A stretch of DNA of 63,869 bases, counting the filler, from Atractiella rhizophila (taxonomy: Eukaryota), in the NCBI GenBank assembly GCA_021432655.1. It is 4 parts of 4 records of this genome, joined end to end, with 100 filler letters (N's around TTAATTAATTAA, not from the genome) between each part and the next. Parts side by side here need not be neighbours in the genome. Positions count along the whole stretch, not along the records: positions 1 to 26,048 come from MU271338.1; positions 26,149 to 57,322 come from MU271340.1; 2 more parts are not named here. One strand, written 5' to 3'. How positions within the stretch are numbered: position 1 is the stretch's first letter; every line of letters begins with the position of its first letter. Below are positions 24,801 to 37,149 of this stretch, piece after piece. A program made the translations under genes and the position numbers. A model generated the notes under the pieces. The model made no database searches and had not been told where the DNA came from. It saw only the letters and a list, made by a program, of their open reading frames with translations.

Positions 24801-25245
24801 TTGTGTGCAAACAGCTACGCCTCCGCATTCTTTACGTTTTGCTCAAATGTCCCCCGGAGCGAAGGCTTTGTTGAAACGCATCCTCCTGTTCATGTCAAAT
24901 CCACCTCCCAATTCGCAAGCACATTCATCCTCATGCCTCCAGTTCTACCATCTAATTATTTCATTTCATACGGCATCCCATCTGACCTCCCTTGCCAGTG
25001 AAAGTCAGACCTTTGGTGATTGCCAGATCGAAAGCACACTGCTTGTTGTCGTGCTATCGTTTGCAAGTCGAGCAAGAGTCTATCCATTCCGTGAGCAAAC
25101 ACGTTGAACCTCGACCCTTCGGTAACGGAAAGACGCGCGGTTTCCATTTTCCCTCAGGCGGAAGTCCACCTGCAGACGAAGCTGACAAAGCTTCCGCATC
25201 ATCCTTCTAGATCGTTTCAGCATTTCAACTAGATCTAGCTACAAC

Positions 25246-25829
25246 TAGCGGTGTCCAAAATATCGCTGGCTTTTGGAAAGGGAGCAAAAGGTCGACTTTG
25301 GCCGCGCGAATACCACGTTCCCGCAGTCTGAAGTGCCTGTAAATAGCAACCGCGGAATCTAAAAGTCGAAAGTGCGAAAGTGCCACGAAAGGCCCGCGAG
25401 CGGGCCTCTGGCTCGACTTTCGCACTTTCGACTTTTGAAAACACGTGTGAACCATGCAAATCTCACGTCTACAATCCTCACAGTTCTTGTACTCCTCTCC
25501 ATTTCCACAGCCATGAGCACATCAGCTCTCTATTATCAACAAGCTGAGGCTATGATGAGCACTGCAGCTCTTCAGTTTACAAGGTGATCAACATGTCTGA
25601 CATTTTTATTGACCAGAACGTTGTAGAAAAGTGAGATGGACAGAGTTGGGCTGTTAAATCGCAAACTCCGTGGTCCCCGCGTGTGTGCAACTCGTAGTAC
25701 CATTTTGGTCCCTCCAGCTGAGTGAGGTAGCCTCTTCGGACTATCCCAAGCGCCGTCCAATATATCACGCTCTTTTGACTTTTACATTTTCGGGACTCTC
25801 AAAAGCCAGCGATATTTTGGACACCGCTA
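25246..25829. mobile_element. MITE / non-autonomous TIR element (~584 bp)
   Basis: 30-bp TIR TAGCGGTGTCCAAAATATCGCTGGCTTTTG with its reverse complement at 25800-25829; no coding capacity; internal 21-bp perfect inverted repeat at 25361-25436. Confidence 0.85.
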
Positions 25830-26048
25830 CTAGTGTCCCAGCTGGTGGAGCTGATTTAAGGCGTTGTGCACAGGAATGTTTGTACAAGAGATAACAGCTT
25901 TGCAATTACAGCATCCCTCATCTGCGTTAATTGCTTCATTCGTCCTTCTCTTGCCCTACTGCTCGTTCTCCCTTCTATGTCAATATGAAATGCACTCTTC
26001 CAATTGCACGTATTGAACACGCTGCCGCTGAAAATGTGACGAATCTGC

Positions 26049-26148
26049 NNNNNNNNNNNNNNNNNNNNNNNNNNNNNNNNNNNNNNNNNNNNTTAATTAA
26101 TTAANNNNNNNNNNNNNNNNNNNNNNNNNNNNNNNNNNNNNNNNNNNN
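26049..26148. other. Artificial contig spacer (N-TTAATTAATTAA-N); same at 57323-57422 and 62283-62382
   Basis: Identical 100-nt N block with a six-frame stop linker occurs three times. Confidence 0.95.
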
Positions 26149-27240
26149 GAAGGATGTCAGTGGTCAATAAGTTCTTCTCTCCCCTGCATCCCTGCATAAC
26201 ATCTTTCACCGCTCCTCTATCTCCTTTCCCCAAGACCTCGAAATCCTGCAACCTCTCCCTCTGCCCCGAACTTCCTCCCTCTCTTCTCGACCCTCATCCC
26301 TGAATCTAAGGAACTAGCGCTCAAAGAGTACAATAAGATTGCCCAAAACCAAACCGATCTCCATTTGTTTACTGATGGCTCCAGGAAAGAGGAGGGGGTA
26401 GGGGCTGCCGCCGTGGAAGTACAATCAGACTGGAGCGCTTACGTGAGGCTAGGTGACATGAGAAGGAGCTCCATCTTCGAAGCGGAACTAACTTGGATAA
26501 GAATCGCTTTGGGATGCGTCATATGCCTAAACGATCCCCCTCCTACTGCAGTCATCCTTTCTGAAAGCCAAAGCGTCATACTCTCCCTATCGAAACGCCC
26601 AAAAGCCAGACCAGGTCAACATATCACCCTTGACATACACTCCTGCCTTCACAACTCACCCGCATGCATCCTAACATCAGAGTCCGACTGCAATGGGCGC
26701 CGGGACACATGGATCTAGATGGAAACGAAAAAGCCGATGCCCTTGCCAACAGTGCAGCAGAGGACGAGGATGCCACTACACCGTACCCCTTTCCGTTCAG
26801 CCCCACTTGTTTCGCCCAGGCAATCCGCGAATACTCCCCCACTCCACCAGAAACTGATCAACCTCAGTGAAACACCACCTCAAGGCCAGAGGCAACCTTT
26901 CCTCCTCGAAGACCTTTGAAATGCTCGCGAGCCTTCCCTGCCCAGTGGCGTCAATCATGGTGCAATGAGATCCCGGGCATATAGGACTTGGGGACTACCT
27001 GCACAGCAAAACAGTGCAGGAGTCCTGACTCTGTGAGTTTTGCAATTCTCGTGAGACTGTCAAGCACTACATTCAGTTCTACGGAAGGTATAGGAGACAT
27101 CGCTCCGATCTCAAGAACCAACGTGCGAAATCGGTATTAGCCTAACGAGCAATGCATCGGTCCTTTCTGCACCCGAAGCCCTCCCTCTTCTTTGGAAATT
27201 CATCTGAGCCACCAAACGATTCTCATTCTACACACGCTCC
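26149..27240 (+). mobile_element. Non-LTR retrotransposon (LINE, Tad1/I-like) 3' remnant: RNase H and C-terminal zinc-finger region, degenerate
   Basis: FTDGSRKEEGVGAAAV, IFEAEL, QWAPGHMDLDGNEKADALA, then GHIGLGDYLH..CEFCNSRETVKHY; frameshift near 26660 and in-frame stops. Confidence 0.88.
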
Positions 27241-28109
27241 ACGGAGAGAATTCTGAGACACAAAAAGAAAAAGCATGAGGAGGCCCAAACTAATATGGCT
27301 CGAGCAGGAGTAGCCAAAAACTCTACTCCGTTCGAAAACTGAGTAGCCCAACCATTTCGACCACTTTATACCATTCCGTGTGGCAACCCCTTTTCTTTTC
27401 CCAAACCATTCACGCTTCACTTCTTGCCCTTTACATATTTCTTCCCCCCTTGCTTTTATCTTATAAAGTCCTTTTCTACTCATTCAGCATGCTCTAATCA
27501 CCTCATTGGCAGACAAATCTAAGCATCACGTCAAACACCTTCCGCCTTTGGGAGCTTTGACCCTCACTCAGCCATCTCTTATGTCAGGCTTACACGAATG
27601 TCACCACACGATTACAAGGCAATCGAGGACCAGTAACAGATAGGATAGGAGTAGGATGGTCACACATTACAAGTTCTCAAAAGCCTGTAACTACCAATCA
27701 TTGGAGAAGAGCTTCATGACCGCTATAGTCGCAGAAAGCTCTATGATATTGATCTCATCATCATCATCATCATCCTGGTTCTTGCTGGCTCACCGATGTT
27801 AAAACTCGCCTTTACAGAGGTTCAATCCTCCTTCAGCTCAAATGGCGAATCATTTCCATTAGCTTGCACTCCTTTCCCCTTTCCATCAAGTCCAAGAGCA
27901 TGATCCATGGGGTGCCCTACTAACCTGTCAACAAGCTCTTCTGAACTGTTTTCGAGGTTGTAAATGTGCAGCAGATTTCAGAGGTCATTGCGGTTGTCCC
28001 GAGAGAATGATTTAATGATTTCTTTATTGTGGAGCAACTCGGTGGAATAGAGTGGAGACGGATTAATCTATATTCTCCTGCTGTATATTTACCAAGTTTC
28101 ACAGTCAAC

Positions 28110-29305
28110 CTATAGGTCGAGGAACAAGATGCTTCGAGGCTTACGACCCCGAACACAAACGCCTCGTCCTCCTCAAAGACACCTGGCAACGATCTGAATA
28201 CCTCTCTGCAGGTTAAATCTACGCCGAGCTGCACCGAGACAAGGTTCCAAATATCCTCCAAGTTGTTACTGAGGGCGAGGTTGGGGGCAAATTCCAACGC
28301 GCCAAGCTATCGATGGCCGAAAGAGACGAACCTGAGCTGGTACACTATCGAATTGTTTGGGACAAGGTCGGACGGCCGCTCAGCACATCCAGAACTAGTT
28401 ACGAGCTCGTGAAGGGATTTTTAGACGCTTTTGAGGGTGAGATGCTCCTGTCTTCCCCGGAAATGAATATGATGCCTCATAGTTAGTACACAGCTCACTA
28501 TGCAGCATAAAGAAACCTCAAAATGCTGCATCGTGATGTCCCTTTCGGGAACATCCTTCTTGGCCCAATTGAAGATGGGCTAAAGGGATATTTGATTGAT
28601 TGGGAGTTTGCGAAGAAAACAAGCGAGCCCCCTACTTCCCGAGAGCGAACAGTACGCGTTTTCTCGATACTCTCGTTCATCCGGTGACTGTGCGACAGGG
28701 CACTTATGAGTTCATGTCTCGTCGACTCTTAGACGAATCCTCTCAGAGGAGGATGTCCCCCACGAGCCCGAAGACGACATTGAGTCGTTCATTTACGTTC
28801 TGACCTGGATGGTTATATCACATGCACAAAATGAGTTGACCGATGCTGAACATAACCGTCTTCTTTCGCCTCTTCAACAGGACGCATAGTGACGTTCGGT
28901 CAACGGTTGCCGGTCGACAGGGTATCATAATGGGTGGTGCTGACCACCTCAAGTCACTACTAACGAGCTTCAGCAGCTACTGGGGAAGATCTTCCGAAGT
29001 CTTTCTGACCGTTTGGCGGTCGCAAAGATCTTGTTGATCAAATCCTTGATGACTTGCAGGACTATGAAGCGCCATAGAATATAACGGAGGTGGCTAATGA
29101 GAGGGCCGACCGGAGGATTGCTCGAATGAGTACTCACAAGTTTATGTCGAAAGTTTTACTGGAGGCTCCTAAGGACAAGAAGGGAACGTGGCGAAGTCGG
29201 ACAGACGAAGCAGTTTCTCGGGACAATGTTCTTTCGAGTAGCAAGAGGAAATCGGTGGCCATGGAAGCAGATGGAAACAAGACGCTGAGGAGTTCTAATG
29301 CTTGA
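28110..29305 (+). pseudogene. Fungal-type protein kinase (FunK1) pseudogene
   Basis: GRGTRCFEAYD..VLLKDTW, HYRIVWDKVGRPL, MLHRDVPFGNILL, GYLIDWEFAK, GTYEFMSRRLL, HEPEDDIESFIYVL; in-frame TAA stops (~28214, ~28508). Confidence 0.85.
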
Positions 29306-31570
29306 TAGTGTCCAGGTTGTAAATTCCATCGATGTCGAATGTATTTATATGCACTTAAGTGAATACATTACCTGTAGAGTGTGAAACCAATTAAGTAAAT
29401 AAGCAATGGGTCTCGTACTTGCAGGACAGTTTATTTTTATATAATTAATAAAGCTGAGTAATAAAGAAGCACAATCAGAAATAAACAAGCTTTAAGCACG
29501 CACTACACGTCAAGAAAGGGGGGAGACGGAACAGCTCCTGTGATGTCGTCAGACCCAGTCTGAGCGCCGTGACATGCGACTCAATCACCCAGCCACCATG
29601 CATTTTCACGAGGCAGAGCTCCAAGTTGGAGCGCACACAAATCGCCCAATGGATCGACAGTCAACTTGTAGCGTTTTTCGCACAACGCAAAATGCTAATT
29701 GCTCCAAATAATCAACAAAATATGAAAATTGTCTGTCAATATTTTGCCTCTCGTGCGAAAATCATTAGAAAGTACTCACTGCGCGTTTCTCGGATGGGCT
29801 TTTGTTGTTAAATTGAAACGCACACCCTGCAACACATTGTTGGAAACCGACAAAGTCGTTGGTTGTGTCATCCGGGTCACAAATTCTTCCCCTGACTACA
29901 CTTGTATCAGAAACAATACACTTGGTCCGATCAGACTGACCAGATCGAACATAAGATCCTTTCAAGAAAATGAGAGGAGTGTCGAAATGCTGAAGTCAGG
30001 TCAATTTGTGTGCACCAAAAGGAAAAACACGAACAGAAACATCTTCCCCTGCATCTCGCCATGCTATCAAGGTGTGGACAGAATGGACCACACGATGCCG
30101 TGAACTCCAAAAAAAAACTTGTTCACAGTCATTAAGTTCTGAATCAACAAGCCAATATTTATGCGTTGTAGCAATGGAAAGGAGAAAACTTACCCATGGT
30201 GTGCTATATAACAGCTCTACGACAATAAATGGTCGAGAAAGAAATAGGGAGCTTGTGAGACATGAATGCAGCTTCCCAGTATTAATAATCTGCCCACACA
30301 TAGAAATAACCAACACCTGATCTGCCTTTACATTCTTTCATTAGCATCAGCACCTTTACGGGTTCGCCCGTGGGTAGCACAGACAGATCTATGCCTGACC
30401 TCGTGATCGTAAGCTCCATTCTTCTGATCTCCAAGGCTTCCCAACCAGAAGCCAGCGCTGCGAACGTCAACACGGGTGAACCCGTACATTTCACGGACGA
30501 ACCCGCGCGAGAAGGAAGGCACCACCTAGTTTCATAGCGATCATCGATTCTCAGAGATACAACTTTTCCATCAGAGGCTTGGGAGTGGAAAAGACTATCG
30601 ATTGCGGTGGTACTTTTCACTACATTCTTTCTTAGTTGGAGTTTCGATAATAAACAGTTTCCGATAAAGTTTCATTTCGTCTATGGCTATGGCGGAATCA
30701 TTTTTGGTTCATCTTTTGGCAATGTCGATTAAAGTCCGAATCGTTCATTTTAATTAACTAAAATCCAGTCGAAACCTTTGTCAGTCGGCTCTGTTTCGTG
30801 CTTTCTGAACATGCTAAAACCTTGCTGACTCAGGCTATTCATACATAACCGTCCTCTGCTCGTTTCACAGGTTTCAGAATCTTACCAACCGTTTTTACGA
30901 TAGAAGGAGAATGCCATAAGGAACCGGTAAAACCGTGACACCCTTTCTAACGCTAGCCCTTGATTCATGGTGCACGGAACCCATTGACGGCATGTACAGC
31001 TGTCTCTTCCACGTCGAGTGGCTTTTTACAGCATAGGAGCGGACGGGATGCTCACTTTGTTGCCTTCGCCTAGGGCAAGCAGTCTTCCCTTTAAGATTGA
31101 ATCCGCTGACGGAACGGTGGATCAAGGTCCTGGCCTGATTGCGGTGCAAACATTTGGACCTGTCGCTGATTGCGATCCTAAATATGGTTGGGAACGTTGG
31201 AATAGTTGGCGGGTATGAAAAGCCGCCTAGCTGCCTAGATAATTTTGCTTTCTACAAATTGATATTCTTCCTGAGGTTATTGGTACATGTGCTTTGCAGC
31301 CTTTCGACGATATTCTTTGATCATTCTCTTGATCGCCCGAGAAGAGATCCGTTTGGCTTGTCTTTCTTCTCAGTTAGAAGCGATGGACATCAGTATCATC
31401 AGTATAATTAAGCTCGATATATTGAAGCAATCAAGGCAAGGGACGGATTGTGGTCAGGCTTCCGTATCCCCCACTTTCACAGGTGTACCCGTGCTACCAC
31501 GGGTGAACCCGAAAAAGGTGTTCTAGGTATATTTCTCAAATAAATCGACATTGACTGATACACTCTCGAG

Positions 31571-31730
31571 CGCGCATAGTTCATTCGTATTACTTAGCAA
31601 CTTTTCTAGAGACAAGTGCGTCATCAGCCTTCGTCCCTCAGGCCCCCCACCCCACTTGCAAGGGGCATGGCCCCTTGAACCCTACTATGACCGTTGTAAG
31701 GGTTCGAGTCCAGTACAAAACACAATTTTC
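31571..31730 (+). ncRNA. Possible tRNA-derived Pol III unit / SINE head
   Basis: A-box-like TAGTTCATTCG (31577), perfect B box GGTTCGAGTCC (31701), internal hairpin CAAGGGGC..GCCCCTTG; no acceptor stem. Confidence 0.35.
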
Positions 31731-32578
31731 AACCCTTTCAGAATAAATTTCCTTGCAGGTTCAGAAAGGGGCAAGCATATGGGATATGATGGTATAATAA
31801 ATTTCATTCTATTGTGTATGGTGAGGGAGGTGTGAGAGCTCAAAAGTGTGTCTTATGACTCATGCCAAGAACTGATGAATCTTAGAGTATAGGATGAAGG
31901 GTTCTTGTAGCTGACAACGCATCGAGTTCTTCGTCCCATCCCCTTCGTCTGCTGCTCGTTTCCATTACTCCATGAGTTTGACTTAGCCACTGATGCCACA
32001 AATCACCAGTTATTTGTGGTGCATCTGTCACACATTGTAGGCTTGCCACGTTGATGTTCTTAGGAAGAGAGATTCAAAACGAGTCACCCTGTGGACTTTT
32101 GTTCTTCTTGTTGTTGCCATTTTTTCTTTCTGCACCCAGTGCTGGACACCCTTCCATCAGTCACCTTTCGATCCAAACTATTCGAGCTAACTTTGAGGAT
32201 CTGTGGATAGTGCCTCAATCAGTTTATCTGGTCTGTCTTCTCTCTATTTTGGTGGAGCGGCAAACCAGAGTTGAAGGTGAACACTGCGTCCCTTCTGCAA
32301 CTCTCAGTACATTTCCTGTTTTCGAAGGAGCAGGGTAATGACGTGAGCGTAGGTACTTCCCTAGATCTTGATGGGTCGACAGTGGCAGATTGTATTCTCT
32401 ATATTGTCTTGGTCATGCTGCACAAGCAGGTCAGACGATCTCACTCAATCTCTTCTGCACTGACACATCCATGCCAGGAAGCAGCGTCCGACGTGACCGC
32501 CTCCCATCTCACTATGTATCGATGGGATAAACTAACGATGATCGACCCAGCCGATTCACTTCGCCAGGCAGACTTGAG

Positions 32579-35500
32579 TAGGGACTCGCGTGAATGTGAA
32601 TAATTCATGAACAGTCACCATATCATTCGCCAAAAAGTCATGAATAAGGCGTTCATGAACTGGTGAACTGGTGACTGTGACTGTGACATGAACTGTGAAC
32701 GTCAGGCCAGAGAAATTCTTGAGTCATGACTAGTCATGAATAAGTCACCAGGCACAACTCATGTCGGCCGAAGTTATAGCCATCGTGATTTCCACAAGCC
32801 TCGTCTTCACTTCGTGATCAACATTCACGGATTCGGCTTCAGCCCTTGCTGGACCGGCTGAGGTTTTGAGGTGGGCTTTTCCTATCAACCAGCGAGAAGA
32901 AGAGGCTAAATGACTGCTCTGACTGCTCAGGAGGGCACTGACACTGGTCACCCAATCACAATTGACGAGGCTCTGACCAGCAACCGGTCAAGGGGGGACT
33001 CCATCTCTGGTAAGCTTTTTCTGCTGTATTTCCAACTTTCTCATACAACAACAGAACCTGTCATTGCTCCGAAGCAAAAGCGACTCCATGTCAAGAAGGA
33101 TAAGTCGCATTTGGACGAAGAGGCACGCTTGTAAGTACCTTGACTCTCCATTTGCTTCTCTGAACATAGATCAGGGAAGCCGATATCAAAATCTTGGAAA
33201 TCCTCTGTCTACGCCTATCATGATGCTCTGATGATTGTCAAGAAGGAAGAAGTGGAGGGAAGTGAAAAGAAGGAGGTTATTTATTATCGGTTTACTTGTA
33301 AGGTGTTTAAAGATCAGGAAGTCGACCGGAAAAGGTATGGGTTTGCAAGTGGGGCTGCAGCGACGTCACAACTTTTGGCAGGCGTTAAGGCATGTGAGGC
33401 AAAGCATGTGAAGTCCGGTGAGCGTTCAACAACACTGAATGAATTTGGGTATGCCTTCGGGGACAAGAGTGATGGAAAGAAGGATTCTGGAGATGGAAAG
33501 AAGAGTGGCATTCCGTGCTTCCCTTACTCCCCTCAATGCTTCCGATTCTGGCTCGCTCTCCTCTGTGCTCGATGTGAACGGCTGTTCAATATTGTCAAGG
33601 ATTACGAGCTCTGTGTCATCTTCAAGATGCTTCGACCTGATGTGCACCTTGTTAGCGCTGACCAACTCTCGAAGGATCTCTGGAACATCTAGAGTTCGTT
33701 CGGTACAGTGTTAGAACCCTGCTGTGTCCTGTATGCTGAGCTTCCCCACAGGCTGAGTGATTTGCACATGGGGAGATATTTGGCCAGAGAGATTGCAAAG
33801 GTGTTGGAGCAGTATGGTATTGACAGAAAGGTCAGTCTTGCTTGTCCTTTGCCGTGTCCATCAAATTGAACATGGAAATTAGTTGATGGGACTGGTGAGC
33901 GATAGTGCGTCAAACAACGACACAATGGTTTCGGAACTCAAGCTCTTGCTCCCCTCCTTTAAGGAGCAAGAATACCAAATCCGGAGCCTCAATCATGTCC
34001 TCAACCTGGTTGCAAAGGTATGTCCCTTAGTTTCTAATCACGTTTCTTACCTGACATCCTTTTAGGCTCTGATCTTGCCCTTCATGAAAGAGAAGAAAAG
34101 AAGGAAGAAGGGTGAAGAAACTGAGAGATTTGAAGATGATGGAGCTGTAAATATCAGCAAGGAAGAGGCTGCCACAATCGATAAGATAGTGGCAAGCCAT
34201 GATGCAGCACAGGAAGCTATGGATGATGAGATTATTGAAGAGATATCCGATGAAGTGTTGAAGGAACTGGAACAGGAGGATCTATTGAGAGCTGATGATA
34301 AGAGACTGAACATCAAGTTCAGTACGGAGGAGCACCAAGCTGTTCGTGGATGTGTTCAAAAGGTCCGTATAGCTTGATCATGTATTCTTTGCTTAAGACA
34401 TTGCAGATTCGGGAACTGTCTCACAAGATCGTTAATGGTAGCTTGATGAACACGGAATTTCAGCGTCTTGTGGAGCGATTTTACAAGAACCTTACAGATG
34501 CACGACTTCCAATCCGAGATGTTGTCACCTGTGGAACAGTCTCTTCCTCTGCCTCGAACGAGCCCTCCTGCTCCGACAAGCTTTCAATGGTCTTACAGAA
34601 CAGAGCTCATTCAAACTTGAGAAGTATGAGGTGATGGAACCCGAATGGAAAGTCTTAGGTGAATTGTGGGATGTTCTCAAGGTTTATCAATTGCTTCGAT
34701 TTAATCTGTGCAAGATCTGAGCCTGGTCTGCAGCCTTTCTATCGAGCTACGGTCAAGCTATCTACCAAGAAACAGGTGCTCCTTACTGACATAATCCCTT
34801 ATCTCGATAAGTTTGACCATAACCTTCGCAACATCAAGCTTAACCGAAATGTAAATCCGTTTATTCGGTTGGGTGCTTGTCGCATGATTGCGGTTCTTAA
34901 TAAATATTATTCAAAAGCTTGTCAGGAGACAAGCATGTATAAGTTGGCAATGGGTTCATCTCTCTTGGTTATTGTTACTGAGCTGATATGAACTTCTAGT
35001 ACTCCACCCTTATCACAAACTTAAGTACTATGAACACACAGGGTGGCTCACCTCCTGGATTCAAGATATTCGGACATTGCTACATGAGGAGTTCAAGACC
35101 TACCATCCTACTCCTTCCGCAGAGACCATAGTTGCAACTGATCTGCCGGATGAGGAGGACTCTGATGCAGAGGAACAGTTTCCATATCGAAAAGATTACC
35201 AGCAGACAGTTGAGACGGAATATGATGAGATCAGGCGGTACGTAGAAGATGACCTGGAGAAGACACGCAAGGACTTCAATGTACTGGCTTGGTGGAATGG
35301 GGAACGGGAAGGAAGCCGTTATCCTAAGCTTGTGAAGCTAGCAATAGCTGTGCTCTCCTGCCCTGGTGTGTACCATTTCCTTACTCCTTGCCTTCTGGTG
35401 ACCCTTCCTTAGTGACCGGTACCGATGCGGAACATGCTGTCAGCGTGGGAGGACTTCAGATCACCGGCCTCCAGCACAATCTATCACAACATTCATTCCG

Positions 35501-35795
35501 TGCTGCTATGGCTTTTGGCTCTTGGTATGATGCTGGATTGCTGTCTGGGATAGACAAAGAGCTTTTTGATTACTTTAAGACAAAGTAGACACATACACAC
35601 ATACAAATCAGAACTACTCTTTCCCACCCTGCTTCATGACTGAATCATGAAGTGTCATGAATAATCAACTGAGAATCATGACTTGTCATGAATGTAATGT
35701 ATGATCCGTGACATGACCGATGAATTGAAATTTTGGTTGAAAAAGTCATGACTAGCCGTCATGAACTTATCATAAACTTGTCACGCGAGTCCCTA
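32579..35795 (+). mobile_element. hAT DNA transposon with degenerate, intron-containing transposase (~32910-35588)
   Basis: 15-bp TIR TAGGGACTCGCGTGA / TCACGCGAGTCCCTA; imperfect 8-bp TSD GACTTGAG/GCTCTGAG; dense TCATGA/CATGAC subterminal repeats; motifs SDSASNN, NHVLNLVAK, RDVVT-(R)WNS (frameshifted), VLAWW..YPKL..VLSCP dimerisation domain. Confidence 0.92.
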
Positions 35796-35939
35796 GCTCT
35801 GAGTCAGATCGGAGGGGAACAAGTACAGTAGGTTAAACTTGGAAGTCACTCGAAAGGATATGGCGGACCTCCTTTTTATTTTCCCACCACTGCAGGTACT
35901 GACCATCTGTGATGTAGGTTTTCTTTAGCAAGACCCGAA

Positions 35940-36330
35940 TGAACCTCTCCCTCAGGATCTCTTGGCATTCTGCAGTGGTATTTGGAGGAAGTATGATTTC
36001 ATTGAGGCTCTTGGAATGTCCGCAGCTCTCTTTCTTGCTATGTCATCTCATATTTACTTCATTGTGACAGGGATTCTTTTGGGAAGGTATGTCGCGTGAT
36101 CGAGCGTGGGACGAGCAATGTACGAGCCGTGAAGCACATCAAGAAGTCGAGACTGAAGTCTGAAACGACCAAAGGAATGTTTGAGAAAGAGATAGCGATC
36201 CTAAACAAGATTAACCATCCAAACGTCGTCAAGCTTATCGAATGCATTGGCGATGACAATGACCTTTGCCTGCTCCTTGAATACGTCAACGGTGCATGTC
36301 ACCGCAGGGTCCTCCAAAGCCACCGGCTGC
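35940..36330 (+). pseudogene. Truncated Ser/Thr protein kinase N-lobe (3' part of a gene interrupted by the hAT)
   Basis: YDFIEALG|..FGKVCRV..AVKHIKK..FEKEIAILNKINHPNVVKL..LLLEYVNG; no HRD/DFG region follows. Confidence 0.75.
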
Positions 36331-37149
36331 TAGTGGGAAAAGAAAAAGTTTTGTGCATTGATTTTGGGCACATTTGCTGCGCAAAATATTTTTTCAACCA
36401 TTTTTGGACCAGATTTTAACGCCGACCGACGCCGACTCTCTTATGACTACTGATGCTACCGCATTCCAGCAGGTGCAGCACAAATGGTTGTTGTTTGACA
36501 ACGTTCCACCGAGATTATGAAACAAAAAGCATCCTGACGCAAGCGATGACTAGGAAATGGTGGAGTTTAGAAGATTCAGTGTGTTAGTGGGAGCGGATAA
36601 ATTTGACGGTTGGTTGTAGGATCAGGTGGGTCGCGTTTTTGTTGCATTTCTCCTGCATAAATGATTTAAGGTATCAAGACCCTATATTAACACTGTAGCG
36701 ATGTGACGAATTGACGTTGGATCCTATTCACCATCTGCTCATCTGAATCTTCCTACTCTGACAATGCAGCTGACAATGGCAGTGGATGTTGATCGGGCTT
36801 CCTTTCTTCCGCTTCTGCTACAGCCTGATCAACATCCACTGCCATTGTCAGCTGCATTGTCAAAGCCATGTCGGTGCAATGTCGGTGCAGGTACTGGTGT
36901 CGTCTTATCCATCTCCTTCTGTAAACCAATCAATTGTTCTAAAAAGTTTGATTTTGTAAACCCAATCAATTATTCTAAAAAGTTTGACTAGGAAGATCAA
37001 CATTAGGAAATCGTTGTTTATAAAACGTATAAAACGTATCAAAGCGGCTCCTCTCTTCTCCTCGTACTCTACTGTAAGGAAAATTGGCGAACGGACGAAA
37101 GAGAGACCCGATTTGGCGTTGTGCTCACGTCGAGTCTTCAAAAAGATAA

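Noticed and set aside
26093..26104. TTAATTAATTAA motif recurring three times
   Set aside because: Synthetic contig linker, not biological; gene neighbourhoods across it were not interpreted.
29500..31300. Short ORFs on both strands
   Set aside because: No consistent gene model or motif.
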